From: an uncultured Acidobacteriota bacterium
GTDB taxonomy: Bacteria > Acidobacteriota > Polarisedimenticolia > J045
Assembly: GCA_963702425.1 (NCBI GenBank)
Contig: CAVPCQ010000017.1
Coordinates: 64,001-128,000 of the forward strand
Direction of reading: 5' to 3'
Length of the DNA: 64,000 nucleotides
Shown here: positions 1 through 8,510 of the stretch, in pieces
Layout of the letters: each line of letters starts with the position of its first letter
Position numbering within the stretch: the first letter of the stretch is position 1
Notes under the pieces: generated by a model
Told to the model about the DNA's origin: nothing
The model's database searches: none
Seen by the model: the letters and a program-made list of their open reading frames with translations, nothing else
Translations under genes and position numbers: made by a program

Positions 1-279
1 CTGGGCCTGCTGAAGGGCAGGCAACGCACGCCCGGTGCCCCGTGGCGCATCCGCGTGACGGCGGACGACCAGCGCCGGCTCACCGAGGTCGACGCGCCCG
101 CGGGCTGGCTCCCGCTCAAGGCTGCCGCCCTCGCCCTGGGTGTCAGCCAGCAGACGGTCTTGCACCAACTCAAGGGCGGGCAACTCGAGGGCGTCCGGGT
201 CCGGGTCCGAGCCCGATCGGCCTGGCGAATTCACGTCCCGTCAACGCGTTACCCATCACGGACGACGCTCTTCGACTGA
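1..279 (+). CDS. 3' end of a large serine recombinase-family gene (C-terminal HTH-like region); starts upstream of window
   Basis: Open from base 1: ...TPGAPWRIRVT...APAGWLPLKAAALALGVSQQTVLHQLKGGQL...LFD*, a C-terminus I recognise from recombinase-family proteins; followed by an attR-like junction. Confidence 0.6.
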   Translation: MGLLKGRQRTPGAPWRIRVTADDQRRLTEVDAPAGWLPLKAAALALGVSQQTVLHQLKGGQLEGVRVRVRARSAWRIHVPSTRYPSRTTLFD

Positions 280-289
280 GCGGTTTTCG

Positions 290-335
290 AGGTGACTGAG
301 TATGTGCGACACACCCCGCGCTGCTCGTCCCGCAT
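290..335 (+). other. attR-like junction of second LSR element, putative core CC at 316-317
   Basis: GAGT-ATG-TGC-GAC-AC-ACC-CC aligns with CAGT-ATG-AAT-GAC-GC-TCC-TT of the other element; IS91-like transposase sequence resumes at 316. Confidence 0.6.
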
Positions 336-480
336 GAAGATCCTGGCCCAGATCCACCCGCCCGACACGACCCGCGCGATTCTCGACTGCCTCGGGCTGG
401 CCTCCCGCGCCCCGCCCCGCGCGCCGGCCCGCGCCGAGCCGGACCCGCTCCCCTCTCCCGGCAACGCCGCGGCGGACTGA
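316..480 (+). pseudogene. IS91/ISCR-type transposase C-terminal tail
   Basis: PRCSSRMKILAQIHPPDTTRAILDCLGLASRAPP..., near-identical to 8535-8699 and 21207-21371. Confidence 0.8.
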
Positions 481-697
481 ACTCATCGACAAACGGCCCG
501 GCCCACGCGGATCCTGACAACCCGGAGGGCGGATCTCCGCCTCCACGGCGGCCCTCCGCGCGTCCCAGGCGGGCCCGATCGCCGCGACGCGCAACGCCCG
601 ACCACGGCCGGCCCCCGCGGCCGGCCGCTCCCCCATCCTGCCGGCCTGCGGCTACGCTCTCCGCCTCAGAATCCGCGACTTGAATCGCTTATCCTCT
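481..697 (+). repeat. IS91/ISCR 3' end module with oriIS-like terminus (copy 1)
   Basis: Ends GCTACGCTCTCCGCCTCAGAATCCGCGACTTGAATCGCTTATCCTCT about 217 bp after the transposase stop; resembles ISCR oriIS (TTGAA..TAT.C). Confidence 0.75.
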
Positions 698-766
698 GAG
701 GTTCAGGGCGTCCCCGAAGCGCTGGACGAAAGTCACGGCACCCCAGCGCGCGGCCCGAACCTTCCG
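698..766 (-). pseudogene. Short antisense IS91/ISCR transposase fragment cut just before the HUH motif
   Basis: Minus strand reads RKVRAARWGAVTFVQRFGDALNL, the motif preceding N-x-H-x-H in ISCR transposases. Confidence 0.7.
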
Positions 767-801
767 CGCACCGCAATGCCGCTCCGATCCATCGCCAGGA
801 G

Positions 802-2892
802 CTACAGTGACGGCGCTGGACTCTCCCCCGAACTCCGCTCCAGCACGATCCCTCCCCGCAGGAACTCCTGGATCGCCGCGACGAACCGTCGCGCCGCAGG
901 GTAATCCGACGGCGGGACGACCGGCTTCTCCAGCATCAGCCCTCCGTCGAAGACAACCTCCCTAGCGTTCTCCCCCGGCCGCCATTCGGCCGAGAACTTC
1001 ATCCCCGGCCCGTCGATCTTCAGCTTTGGCAGCGTCCCCGTTGCGTGATAGCCGGCGGGAATCGTGAACGTCGACCGGCCGAGCACGCTCCGGACGTATT
1101 CCCAACGAACGCTGCCGAGCCGCTCGTCGGTGATCGGGAGGCCGATTCTCGATGAGTAGATGTCCGGCGGGCGAAGGAGGAGGGCATCCTCGAAGCGGAA
1201 GGCCAAACCACGCGTACGGCATCCATAGCGCATCGTAAGCGTCTTCTCGACGTCGTCCTGATTCTCGACCGTCACGGCCAGATCCTCAAGCCTGCCGCCG
1301 AACTCGTCCTGCAAGGCCCTCCGGACGCACTCGTCATCACAGTCCCCCAGCCACTCCCTCTCGGCCACCGCTTCCTGCATGTACCACTCGACTGTGCCCT
1401 CGATCCGCGAGTCGCCGGTCTCCTCTAGCTGGACCTGCTGCAAGTGCTTCTGGACGTTGTGATCCGCCGCACGTGCGGGAATGACATCGAGCCACTCGGC
1501 CACGCCAGAGCAGATCGAGCCCTCCCGTTCCCAAGGATCGACGCCGCAGAAGCCGACGGGTACTGCGATCCCTCCGGAACCGGGCCCGGAGCTGCGCCAG
1601 TGGACTACTCCGGCTGGGCAGCTGTCACATTCCAGATCGATGAAAATCCCGCTCGCGTTGACTCGCACGAGCATGCGTTCGCCGAGCGATGGATCCAGGT
1701 AGAACTTCGAGAGGTCGGCGAACGATCTGTCGTATGCCCAGACCACGCTCGAACGAAAGCCAGCCGCCGAGATCATCGTCGCCAGAACGATGGCACGCTC
1801 TTCGGCATCGCCGGAGCCGCTCTCGAGCACAGTGTTGACGTCTCGGGGCTCCCCTTCGTGACTGGTGACGCTGACGTTCGATCTCACCCAGCGGACCATC
1901 GTGCGAATCTTGGCTTCTCTCGTTTGGGCGGTCGCCAGTATGGCAGGGAGCAGGGACTTGAGTGAGCTGCGCTGTGCGACTGCCCTTCCCAAACGAACTC
2001 CCAGCCGGCCCCGATGAGAGTTCTGGTAGACACCCGGTCCATCCGGGGAGAGCGTCGCGTAGGCCCGGAGCCGATCGACATGGATGGGCCCCGAATGTGG
2101 CTCGGGCTCGTATCGCGGGACATCTCTGCACGTGAGGCCCGTCGTGTTCTTCTCAGGGCGAGAGTTCAGTTCGCACCGTTTAGCGTCGCGTCCCACGATC
2201 TCGACCGTCGGAGACAGCCCGGTCTTGCCTGCCACGGTGAGTTCGACATGGAGCGCAGGGACGGACGAATCGAGTTCCCACCAGCCGAGCCGCGAGTAGC
2301 CCGGGTACCAGTATTCTATGGACCACCAGTACGTGGAACCCTGCTGGTGCTCGAGCGTCGCGCCGGGAGACCCGAGTGTCGCACGCCAGGAGACAATGCA
2401 GCCTGGTCTGGTGTCCGGGTGCGTCCACTTGAGTGCACGGACCTCCGTATCGCCCCGGCGGTAGAGCACCACGGTCTGCTGCAAGTCTTCTGGCACGCGC
2501 CGCGATCCGTGGCCGGGACACTCAGACTCGGCCGCGAACTCGAGGACCCTGTAATCTTCGGGAATCTGCAACAGTCCGTTTGCCTGGTCCATTCCACGGG
2601 GACTCTGAACGAGGATGCGCCGCAAACGACTCAGTCGACGACGCGTCCCGAATGGTCCATCGACAGACCAGGTCGTCGCATCCTCGAGCGCCACCGCCGG
2701 CGCGTCGGGGAAGAGCCGGGCAGCCTCCGCACGCGGGTCGGGCGCAGCCTCGACTGCGCCGCCCGGGACCGCCGGGCTCTCTGCGCGGGGTAGGCTGCCG
2801 GAACCTGCTGCGAGCACCGTGAGTACGATCGCGCGCACGACGGCTTGTCGCGGGCCGACAAACGCGCCAAGCCCGTCGCTCCGCTCCCTCAC
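802..2892 (-). CDS. DUF3857/transglutaminase-like exported protein, catalytic Cys absent
   Basis: 696 aa, N-terminal hydrophobic segment, GSGDAEERAIVL in place of the GDC motif; start overlaps partner stop. Confidence 0.7.
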   Translation of the reverse strand: MRERSDGLGAFVGPRQAVVRAIVLTVLAAGSGSLPRAESPAVPGGAVEAAPDPRAEAARLFPDAPAVALEDATTWSVDGPFGTRRRLSRLRRILVQSPRGMDQANGLLQIPEDYRVLEFAAESECPGHGSRRVPEDLQQTVVLYRRGDTEVRALKWTHPDTRPGCIVSWRATLGSPGATLEHQQGSTYWWSIEYWYPGYSRLGWWELDSSVPALHVELTVAGKTGLSPTVEIVGRDAKRCELNSRPEKNTTGLTCRDVPRYEPEPHSGPIHVDRLRAYATLSPDGPGVYQNSHRGRLGVRLGRAVAQRSSLKSLLPAILATAQTREAKIRTMVRWVRSNVSVTSHEGEPRDVNTVLESGSGDAEERAIVLATMISAAGFRSSVVWAYDRSFADLSKFYLDPSLGERMLVRVNASGIFIDLECDSCPAGVVHWRSSGPGSGGIAVPVGFCGVDPWEREGSICSGVAEWLDVIPARAADHNVQKHLQQVQLEETGDSRIEGTVEWYMQEAVAEREWLGDCDDECVRRALQDEFGGRLEDLAVTVENQDDVEKTLTMRYGCRTRGLAFRFEDALLLRPPDIYSSRIGLPITDERLGSVRWEYVRSVLGRSTFTIPAGYHATGTLPKLKIDGPGMKFSAEWRPGENAREVVFDGGLMLEKPVVPPSDYPAARRFVAAIQEFLRGGIVLERSSGESPAPSL

Positions 2893-4865
2893 GGCTTGGC
2901 CCTCGTCTCCCGAACCACGACCACGCCTGCGTTGATCGAGGCGAGGGGGTCGCGAAGCGACAGCACCGCATCGCGCTTAGCGAGAGGGAGTACTGCCATC
3001 GCCAGCGTGAAGCTGCGAGAGACAACGAGCCGCCCGTCGGCGAAGGACACGTCCTGGGACACGCTGCCCACGTCGTTCGCGGCTTTGATTGCGCCGGGGT
3101 CGGACCATCCCGCAGCCGGCGGCAGCTCGATCTCGATCGTCTGACTCACGGTGCGCGGCAAGCCGGCGTAAGCCGAGCCTTCCGGCCCAGCGAGAGGCAC
3201 GGGCACGGAGCCCAAGTCCACGAATTCCCCCAGCGGCAGTGCGAGGAAGGAGCCGAATCGCCCCCACGGATTCGGACAGCGATACCCGTACGTGAATCGC
3301 CAGCGCAACTCGTCGACCGGCAGCACGTCGGTGACCTCGAGATTCTCGAAGGCGGGGCAGCGCTCCGCCGCACTCTCCAGCACCCACTCGCGCAGGTCGC
3401 GACCGCGAGCTGGCCGCCCCTCCTCATCGACGAATCTCGCGCGCAGGCTGCCTCCCATCGCAACCGCGACGGAGACCTCGAACCCCGCATCGGCGCGTCG
3501 CCAGGTCTCGTGCACGTCAGCGCGGTTGCGGTCAGGGCTGGGGGGCGGAACGCGGAGCAGCCCCGTGGTGCGGGGATCCATCGCCAGTCCGGCCGCCCCA
3601 TCCAGCGCGGGCGACAGGTCGAACGCTGAGTCCGGCTCCAGCGTCGCGTCGAACAGCCGGAGGCGACCGATCCCGGGGGCCTCGACGAGCGCCATCCCCG
3701 GGGCGGCGTCGCCCTTCCAGACGATGCCGACGATGGCGTGGTTGAACGCCTGGAAGGTCGGAAGATCCGGTGCGACGAAACCGTCTCGAGGGCTGATGAT
3801 CGCAATCGGAACCGCCTCGAGACCACGGGCGCGCAGCAACGCGAGCATGAGCGCGGTCTTGTCCTTGCAGTCCCCGAATCCGCGACTCAGTGTCGTCTCC
3901 GTCGGACGGGGCACCCACCCACCCCACCCGATACTGACGGCAAAGTACCGGATGGATCGCGCGATCCGCCCCGCGGCGCCGATCGTCGCGACCTGGTCGG
4001 TCGGAAGCTCCTTGACCAGCCGATCGATGCTGGCGTTCCTCTCCATCGCGGGCCGGGCGAGTGTCGCGAGCCAGCCGGCAACTCCCCCCCACGTCGAAAA
4101 GCGGGGCTCGCCGTTCTCCGGGATGGGCTCCAGGGTCATCGCGAGCCGCGGCGGAGCGGGGACCCACCCGCCGCTCGAGGCGGCACGCTGCGCGCGCACG
4201 TCGACGAAGCGCCATGTTCCGCCCGCGCTCTCGCCGGCCGGTCCAGGATTGCGTCCCTCCCCCACGGTCGATAGCACGCGCCATCCACGATGCGTCTCGA
4301 CGTCGACCTGGAATACGTCGACCGGCCAGGGTCCTTGCACGCGCAGGAGGTCCTGCGGCCAGTCCGACGCACTTTCGTAGCGGTACTGAACGGCGAAGAC
4401 CGTACCGGGCACGGCATCAGGGGGCGCAAGAGAAAGTAGCTCCGTATCGTCGAGTTCCATGACGTTGCCGAGGGACCGGAGGGTGCCATCCTCCTCGTCG
4501 AACGTCTCGACCCGACCCGACGGGCGCATGACCCAGCCCTTTACCTTGCTGTAGCGGACGAATGACGAGCGGTGGAGATCGACGCGTGCGGCGTCCTCCC
4601 CGTCGCGCGTGAGCACCTTGACCGCGAACCGGCGCACGCAGGTGCGCCCGCCATCGGAGACCACTTCACATCGGTGGTGATCGAGAAGAACGACGGCATC
4701 ATCTGTGGCGTGATGCGCTGCGCCTGCGGCGTCGAATTGCAGCGGGACCCAGTCCGGCATGGTTGCGGCGCGAGCGGACAGGCCAAGTACTTCCAGCAGA
4801 ACAGCCAGCGTGAGGAAGCTTGCCAGCCTTGCGGCGGACGATGGACTACCCACTCCGCGATCCAT
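2889..4865 (-). CDS. DUF3857 and transglutaminase-domain exported protein
   Basis: Signal peptide; IRYFAV, GFGDCKDKT, FNHAIV, FDAT (Cys-His-Asp triad). Confidence 0.85.
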   Translation of the reverse strand: MDRGVGSPSSAARLASFLTLAVLLEVLGLSARAATMPDWVPLQFDAAGAAHHATDDAVVLLDHHRCEVVSDGGRTCVRRFAVKVLTRDGEDAARVDLHRSSFVRYSKVKGWVMRPSGRVETFDEEDGTLRSLGNVMELDDTELLSLAPPDAVPGTVFAVQYRYESASDWPQDLLRVQGPWPVDVFQVDVETHRGWRVLSTVGEGRNPGPAGESAGGTWRFVDVRAQRAASSGGWVPAPPRLAMTLEPIPENGEPRFSTWGGVAGWLATLARPAMERNASIDRLVKELPTDQVATIGAAGRIARSIRYFAVSIGWGGWVPRPTETTLSRGFGDCKDKTALMLALLRARGLEAVPIAIISPRDGFVAPDLPTFQAFNHAIVGIVWKGDAAPGMALVEAPGIGRLRLFDATLEPDSAFDLSPALDGAAGLAMDPRTTGLLRVPPPSPDRNRADVHETWRRADAGFEVSVAVAMGGSLRARFVDEEGRPARGRDLREWVLESAAERCPAFENLEVTDVLPVDELRWRFTYGYRCPNPWGRFGSFLALPLGEFVDLGSVPVPLAGPEGSAYAGLPRTVSQTIEIELPPAAGWSDPGAIKAANDVGSVSQDVSFADGRLVVSRSFTLAMAVLPLAKRDAVLSLRDPLASINAGVVVVRETRAKP

Positions 4866-5029
4866 GGCAGGTTAACCATAGCACGGAAGCGGTCGTAAAG
4901 AGCCCTCTGACGAGTGACATGCCGGACATCGGGACTCCCCTACGGCCGCCTTTCGCTTCCAGCCGGCGAAAAGAACAGTCCACGCGCTCCCGCAAGCCCG
5001 CAGTGCTGGTACGCGTCATAGGCACGTGC

Positions 5030-5147
5030 CCCGTCACCCCCGACCCCGGGACCTGGCCCCACGCCTCCGGGTGACCGGCCTCCCGGCGCTCGGTCTCCCG
5101 ACCCCGGCGGCCGCTACCTCTCCTGGGCCGAGTTGCTGCGCCGAGTC
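5030..5147 (+). pseudogene. IS91/ISCR transposase fragment left of LSR insertion (5'-truncated)
   Basis: Encodes ...GRYLSWAELLRRV, homologous to 14860-14978; left boundary approximate. Confidence 0.75.
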
Positions 5148-5196
5148 TTGGACCGACCACCCGACTGCACCCGGTACCCGCGATGCGGTGCGTCGG

Positions 5197-5481
5197 ATGC
5201 GGATCACGCATCCGTTCCACCCGCTGCGGGGGCGGGAGTTCGTCGTGCTGGACGAGCGCCGCAACCGCCACGGCGAGCGGGTCTGGTACCGCGCTGAGGA
5301 CGGCTCGGCGCGGACGGTCCCGCGGGGCTGGACGAGCCTGGGGGAGGCCGATCTCTTCGCGACGATTTCGGCCGGGCGGGCCTGGTTTCGGTGGGACGAC
5401 CTGCGGCGGCTGGTGGCGTTGATCGGGGAGCTGCGGGAGGGGCTGGGCCCGGGGGACGCGGGGGGAGGGGGTGTCAAGTGA
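5197..5481 (+). CDS. DUF5372/Y4bD-like small protein (likely true start supplied by right end after circularisation)
   Basis: RITHPFHPLRGREF...ERVWY...TVPRGWTSL motif; no clear RBS before 5197. Confidence 0.7.
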   Translation: MRITHPFHPLRGREFVVLDERRNRHGERVWYRAEDGSARTVPRGWTSLGEADLFATISAGRAWFRWDDLRRLVALIGELREGLGPGDAGGGGVK

Positions 5482-5595
5482 ATTTCGTCCATATTGTCTG
5501 GAGTATTATGCTCGTAGCGGTCGGGGGCGCCACATCCGATCGGGCCTTGATCGGTCCAATACCGCGCATCAGAGCGATAACTGGCACAAGGCCCA

Positions 5596-5623
5596 TGGAC
5601 ACGGTCTTTGATGTGTGCATAAT
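5596..5623 (+). promoter_or_regulatory. Putative sigma70 promoter for HTH-recombinase operon
   Basis: TGGACA-16 bp-CATAAT in an AT-richer patch, AGGAGG RBS before ATG 5659; conserved in copy 2. Confidence 0.45.
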
Positions 5624-5658
5624 GGTCCTGACACACGGCGACGACCCAGGAGGAGACC

Positions 5659-6123
5659 ATGGCCGCACCGAGCGACGACTCCAAGCGCCGCGAGCTGGCC
5701 CGCCGCGGGGCCCTGCACCCCCACGCCGCGCAGGTCACGGACCCGCTCTTCGCGCGCGAGCCGTTCTTCGACCGCCGCGACGCGGTGCAGGTCAAGTACG
5801 AGATGCTGCGCAGCGTGCGAGCCGAGGGCCGTCCGGTGAGCCAGGCGGCGGCGCAGTTCGGCTTCTCGCGCCCGACCTTCTACGAGGCGCGAGCGGCCTT
5901 CGAGCGCGCCGGTCTGCCGGGTTTGCTGCCGGCGAAGAAAGGGCCGAAGCGCGCGCACAAGCTCTCGGCGGAGGTCCTGGCCTTCATCGACCGGCAGCTC
6001 GACGCCCGGCCGGCGCCGACCATGGAGGCACTCAGCGCGCGGATCCACGAGCACTTCGGCCGGTCGGTCCATCCCCGCAGCATCCGGCGCGCCCTGCTGC
6101 GCCGCACAAAAAAAAACCCGTAG
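5659..6123 (+). CDS. Helix-turn-helix protein of LSR element
   Basis: FFDRRDAVQVKYEMLR...VSQAAAQFGFSRPTFY...GLPGLLPAKKGPK; strong RBS. Confidence 0.85.
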   Translation: MAAPSDDSKRRELARRGALHPHAAQVTDPLFAREPFFDRRDAVQVKYEMLRSVRAEGRPVSQAAAQFGFSRPTFYEARAAFERAGLPGLLPAKKGPKRAHKLSAEVLAFIDRQLDARPAPTMEALSARIHEHFGRSVHPRSIRRALLRRTKKNP

Positions 6124-6410
6124 ACCCGCGCCCACCGACGTCCGGTCTCGCCGCGCACTACGAGCGGCTGCGGGAGGGTGTGCTCGGCGGCGACCGCCGG
6201 CCGTCGATCGGCGAGACGATCGTCCGTGGCCAGGGACTGTGGGCCTTCATCGCGCTCGCCGCGGCCGAGGCGCCGAGCGGCACGCCACCGCGCGTGGTCA
6301 CGGGATCGAGCGGCGCTCTGCCGGCACCGGCGGTGGCCGAGCGGGGCGCGCTGCTCGCGGCGTGGGCCGAGCTCGTCGTCGCCGTCGTGCAGCGCCCGGA
6401 GGTCTCATGA
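6108..6410 (+). CDS. Small ORF in the -1 frame after an A9 run, coupled (ATGA) to the recombinase
   Basis: KKKPVDPRPPTSGLAAHYERLR...PEVS*; no well-placed start codon; same in copy 2. Confidence 0.55.
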   Translation, partial: KKKPVDPRPPTSGLAAHYERLREGVLGGDRRPSIGETIVRGQGLWAFIALAAAEAPSGTPPRVVTGSSGALPAPAVAERGALLAAWAELVVAVVQRPEVS

Positions 6411-8500
6411 CCGAGGCCACGCCACAGAAGGTCGCCGCGACCCACCTGGCGCGCCAGGCCTTCCTCTACGTCCGCCAGTCGACGCTGCGCCAGGTGGTCG
6501 AGAATCCGGAGAGCACGCGCCGGCAGTACGCGCTGCGCGAGCGGGCCAGCGCGCTGGGCTGGCGGGCCGAGCAGATCGTCGTGATCGACTGCGATCTCGG
6601 TCGTTCGGGCGCGACGGCCGAGCGCGAGGGCTTCCAGCGGCTGGTCGCCGAGGTCGGGATGGGGCGGGCCGGGATCGTGCTCGGTCTCGAGGTTTCCCGC
6701 CTGGCCCGCAACTCCACCGACTGGCACCGCCTGCTCGAGATCTGCGCACTGACCGAGACGCTGATCCTCGACGAGGACGGCCTGTACGATCCGACGCAGT
6801 ACAACGACCGTTTGCTGCTCGGCTTGAAGGGCACGCTCTCGGAGGCCGAGCTGCACCTGCTGCGCGCGCGGATGCGCGGGGGTCTGCTGGCCAAGGCCCG
6901 CCGCGGCGAGCTGGGCCTCGGTCTGCCGGTCGGCCTGGTCTATGACGAGCTGGGGCGCGTCGTGCTGCATCCCGACGCGCAGGTGCGCGAGACCCTGGCG
7001 CTGTTCTTCCGCACCTTTCAGCGCACCGGGGCGGCTTGTGCGACGGTCAAGTATTTCTCGACGGAGCAGATCCCTTTCCCCGCGCCGACCCGCCCGGGGA
7101 GTCGCTCGGCGCAGGTCGTGTGGGGTCGGCTCAACCTCACGCGGGCCGTCAGCCTGCTGCACAACCCGCGCTACGCCGGGGCCTTCGCCTACGGCCGGCG
7201 CCGCGCGCGGCGGCAGCCCGACGGCCGCTTCCAGACCACGCGGGTACCGCGCGACCAATGGCTCGTGCTGCGCCTCGAGGCGCACCCGGGCTACATCGCG
7301 TGGGACGAGTTCGAGCGCAACCAGGAGCGGCTCGCGGCCTCGGCCCGGGCCTACGGGCTCGACCGCCGCGACGGCCCGCCGCGCGAAGGCCCGGCGCTGC
7401 TCCAGGGGCGCGTGCTCTGCGGCCGCTGCGGCGCGCGGATGACGGTCCGCTACCATCAGCGACGCGGCCAACTCGTGCCGGACTACGTCTGCTGTATCCG
7501 GACGCTGCAACACCGCGACCCGCCGTGCCAGGTCCTGCCCGGCGGCGCGGTCGACCGCGCGATCGGGCGTCTGATCGTCACGACGCTGACGCCCTTCGCC
7601 CTCGAGCTGACGCTCGCCGTCCAGGCCGAGCTCGAAACCCGCCTCGACGAGGCCGACCGGCTGCGCGGCCAGCAGATCGAACGCGCCCTGCACGAGGCCG
7701 AGCTGGCCCGCCGCCGCTACCTGCAGGTCGATCCGACGCATCGTCTCGTCGCCGCCTCGCTCGAGGCCGACTGGAATGACCGCCTGCGCGCGGTCGCCGA
7801 GACGCGCGAGCGCGTCGAGCACCAGCGCGACGCCGACCGCGGCGCTTTCGACGAGCAGACCCGGCAGCGGATCCGCGACCTCGCCGCCGACGTCCCGGCC
7901 GTCTGGGACGATCCCGCCACACCGCCGCGCGAGCGCAAGCGGATCCTCGGTCTGCTGCTCGCGGACGTCACGCTGGCCCGGCAGGACGACGAGATCACGC
8001 TCGCGGTCCGCTTCCGCGGCGGCGCGACGACGACGCTTCGCGTCCCGCTCCGGATCGGTCCCTGGCGCGGGCGGAAGACCCATCCCCAGGTCGTCGCACG
8101 GGCCGCGACGCTGCTCGCCTCCCACACCGCCGGCGAGGTCGCCGCGCGACTCAACGCGGAGGGCTTCACCTCCGGGGCCGGCCTCCCTTTCAAGCCGGAC
8201 ACCGTCGAATGGATGGGCCGGCACTACGGGCTGACCAGCCGACGCGACCACCTGCGTGCCGCCGGCCACCTCACCGCCGTCGAGCTCGCCGCACGGCTCC
8301 GCGTCAGCGTCGCCCGAGTCGGCTGCTGGCGTGCCGAGGGCCGGCTCACGGGGACGCGCTGCAACCAGAAAGACTGGCTCTACGACCCGATCGAGCGGCA
8401 GTCAGCGTGGATCCGGGAGCGTGCAGCGTGCGAAGATCGACGCCTCGACAGGCCGCGCGAGAACCGCACGATCACAGCGGCGACACGGGGTGCAGTATGA
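6407..8500 (+). CDS. Large serine recombinase (resolvase, recombinase, Zn-ribbon, coiled-coil and HTH regions)
   Basis: YVRQST catalytic motif, DLGRSG, SRLARN, LHNPRYAG, CGRCG..C..C; GGAGG RBS; stop lies within the attP arm. Confidence 0.93.
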   Translation: MTEATPQKVAATHLARQAFLYVRQSTLRQVVENPESTRRQYALRERASALGWRAEQIVVIDCDLGRSGATAEREGFQRLVAEVGMGRAGIVLGLEVSRLARNSTDWHRLLEICALTETLILDEDGLYDPTQYNDRLLLGLKGTLSEAELHLLRARMRGGLLAKARRGELGLGLPVGLVYDELGRVVLHPDAQVRETLALFFRTFQRTGAACATVKYFSTEQIPFPAPTRPGSRSAQVVWGRLNLTRAVSLLHNPRYAGAFAYGRRRARRQPDGRFQTTRVPRDQWLVLRLEAHPGYIAWDEFERNQERLAASARAYGLDRRDGPPREGPALLQGRVLCGRCGARMTVRYHQRRGQLVPDYVCCIRTLQHRDPPCQVLPGGAVDRAIGRLIVTTLTPFALELTLAVQAELETRLDEADRLRGQQIERALHEAELARRRYLQVDPTHRLVAASLEADWNDRLRAVAETRERVEHQRDADRGAFDEQTRQRIRDLAADVPAVWDDPATPPRERKRILGLLLADVTLARQDDEITLAVRFRGGATTTLRVPLRIGPWRGRKTHPQVVARAATLLASHTAGEVAARLNAEGFTSGAGLPFKPDTVEWMGRHYGLTSRRDHLRAAGHLTAVELAARLRVSVARVGCWRAEGRLTGTRCNQKDWLYDPIERQSAWIRERAACEDRRLDRPRENRTITAATRGAV

Positions 8501-8510
8501 ATGACGCTCC

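Noticed and set aside
6158-8269. 703-aa minus-strand ORF (also 15988-18126, 33027-35369, 38880-42356, 12256-14349)
   Set aside because: Shadow or alternate-frame ORFs of real genes in high-GC DNA, with no recognisable motifs
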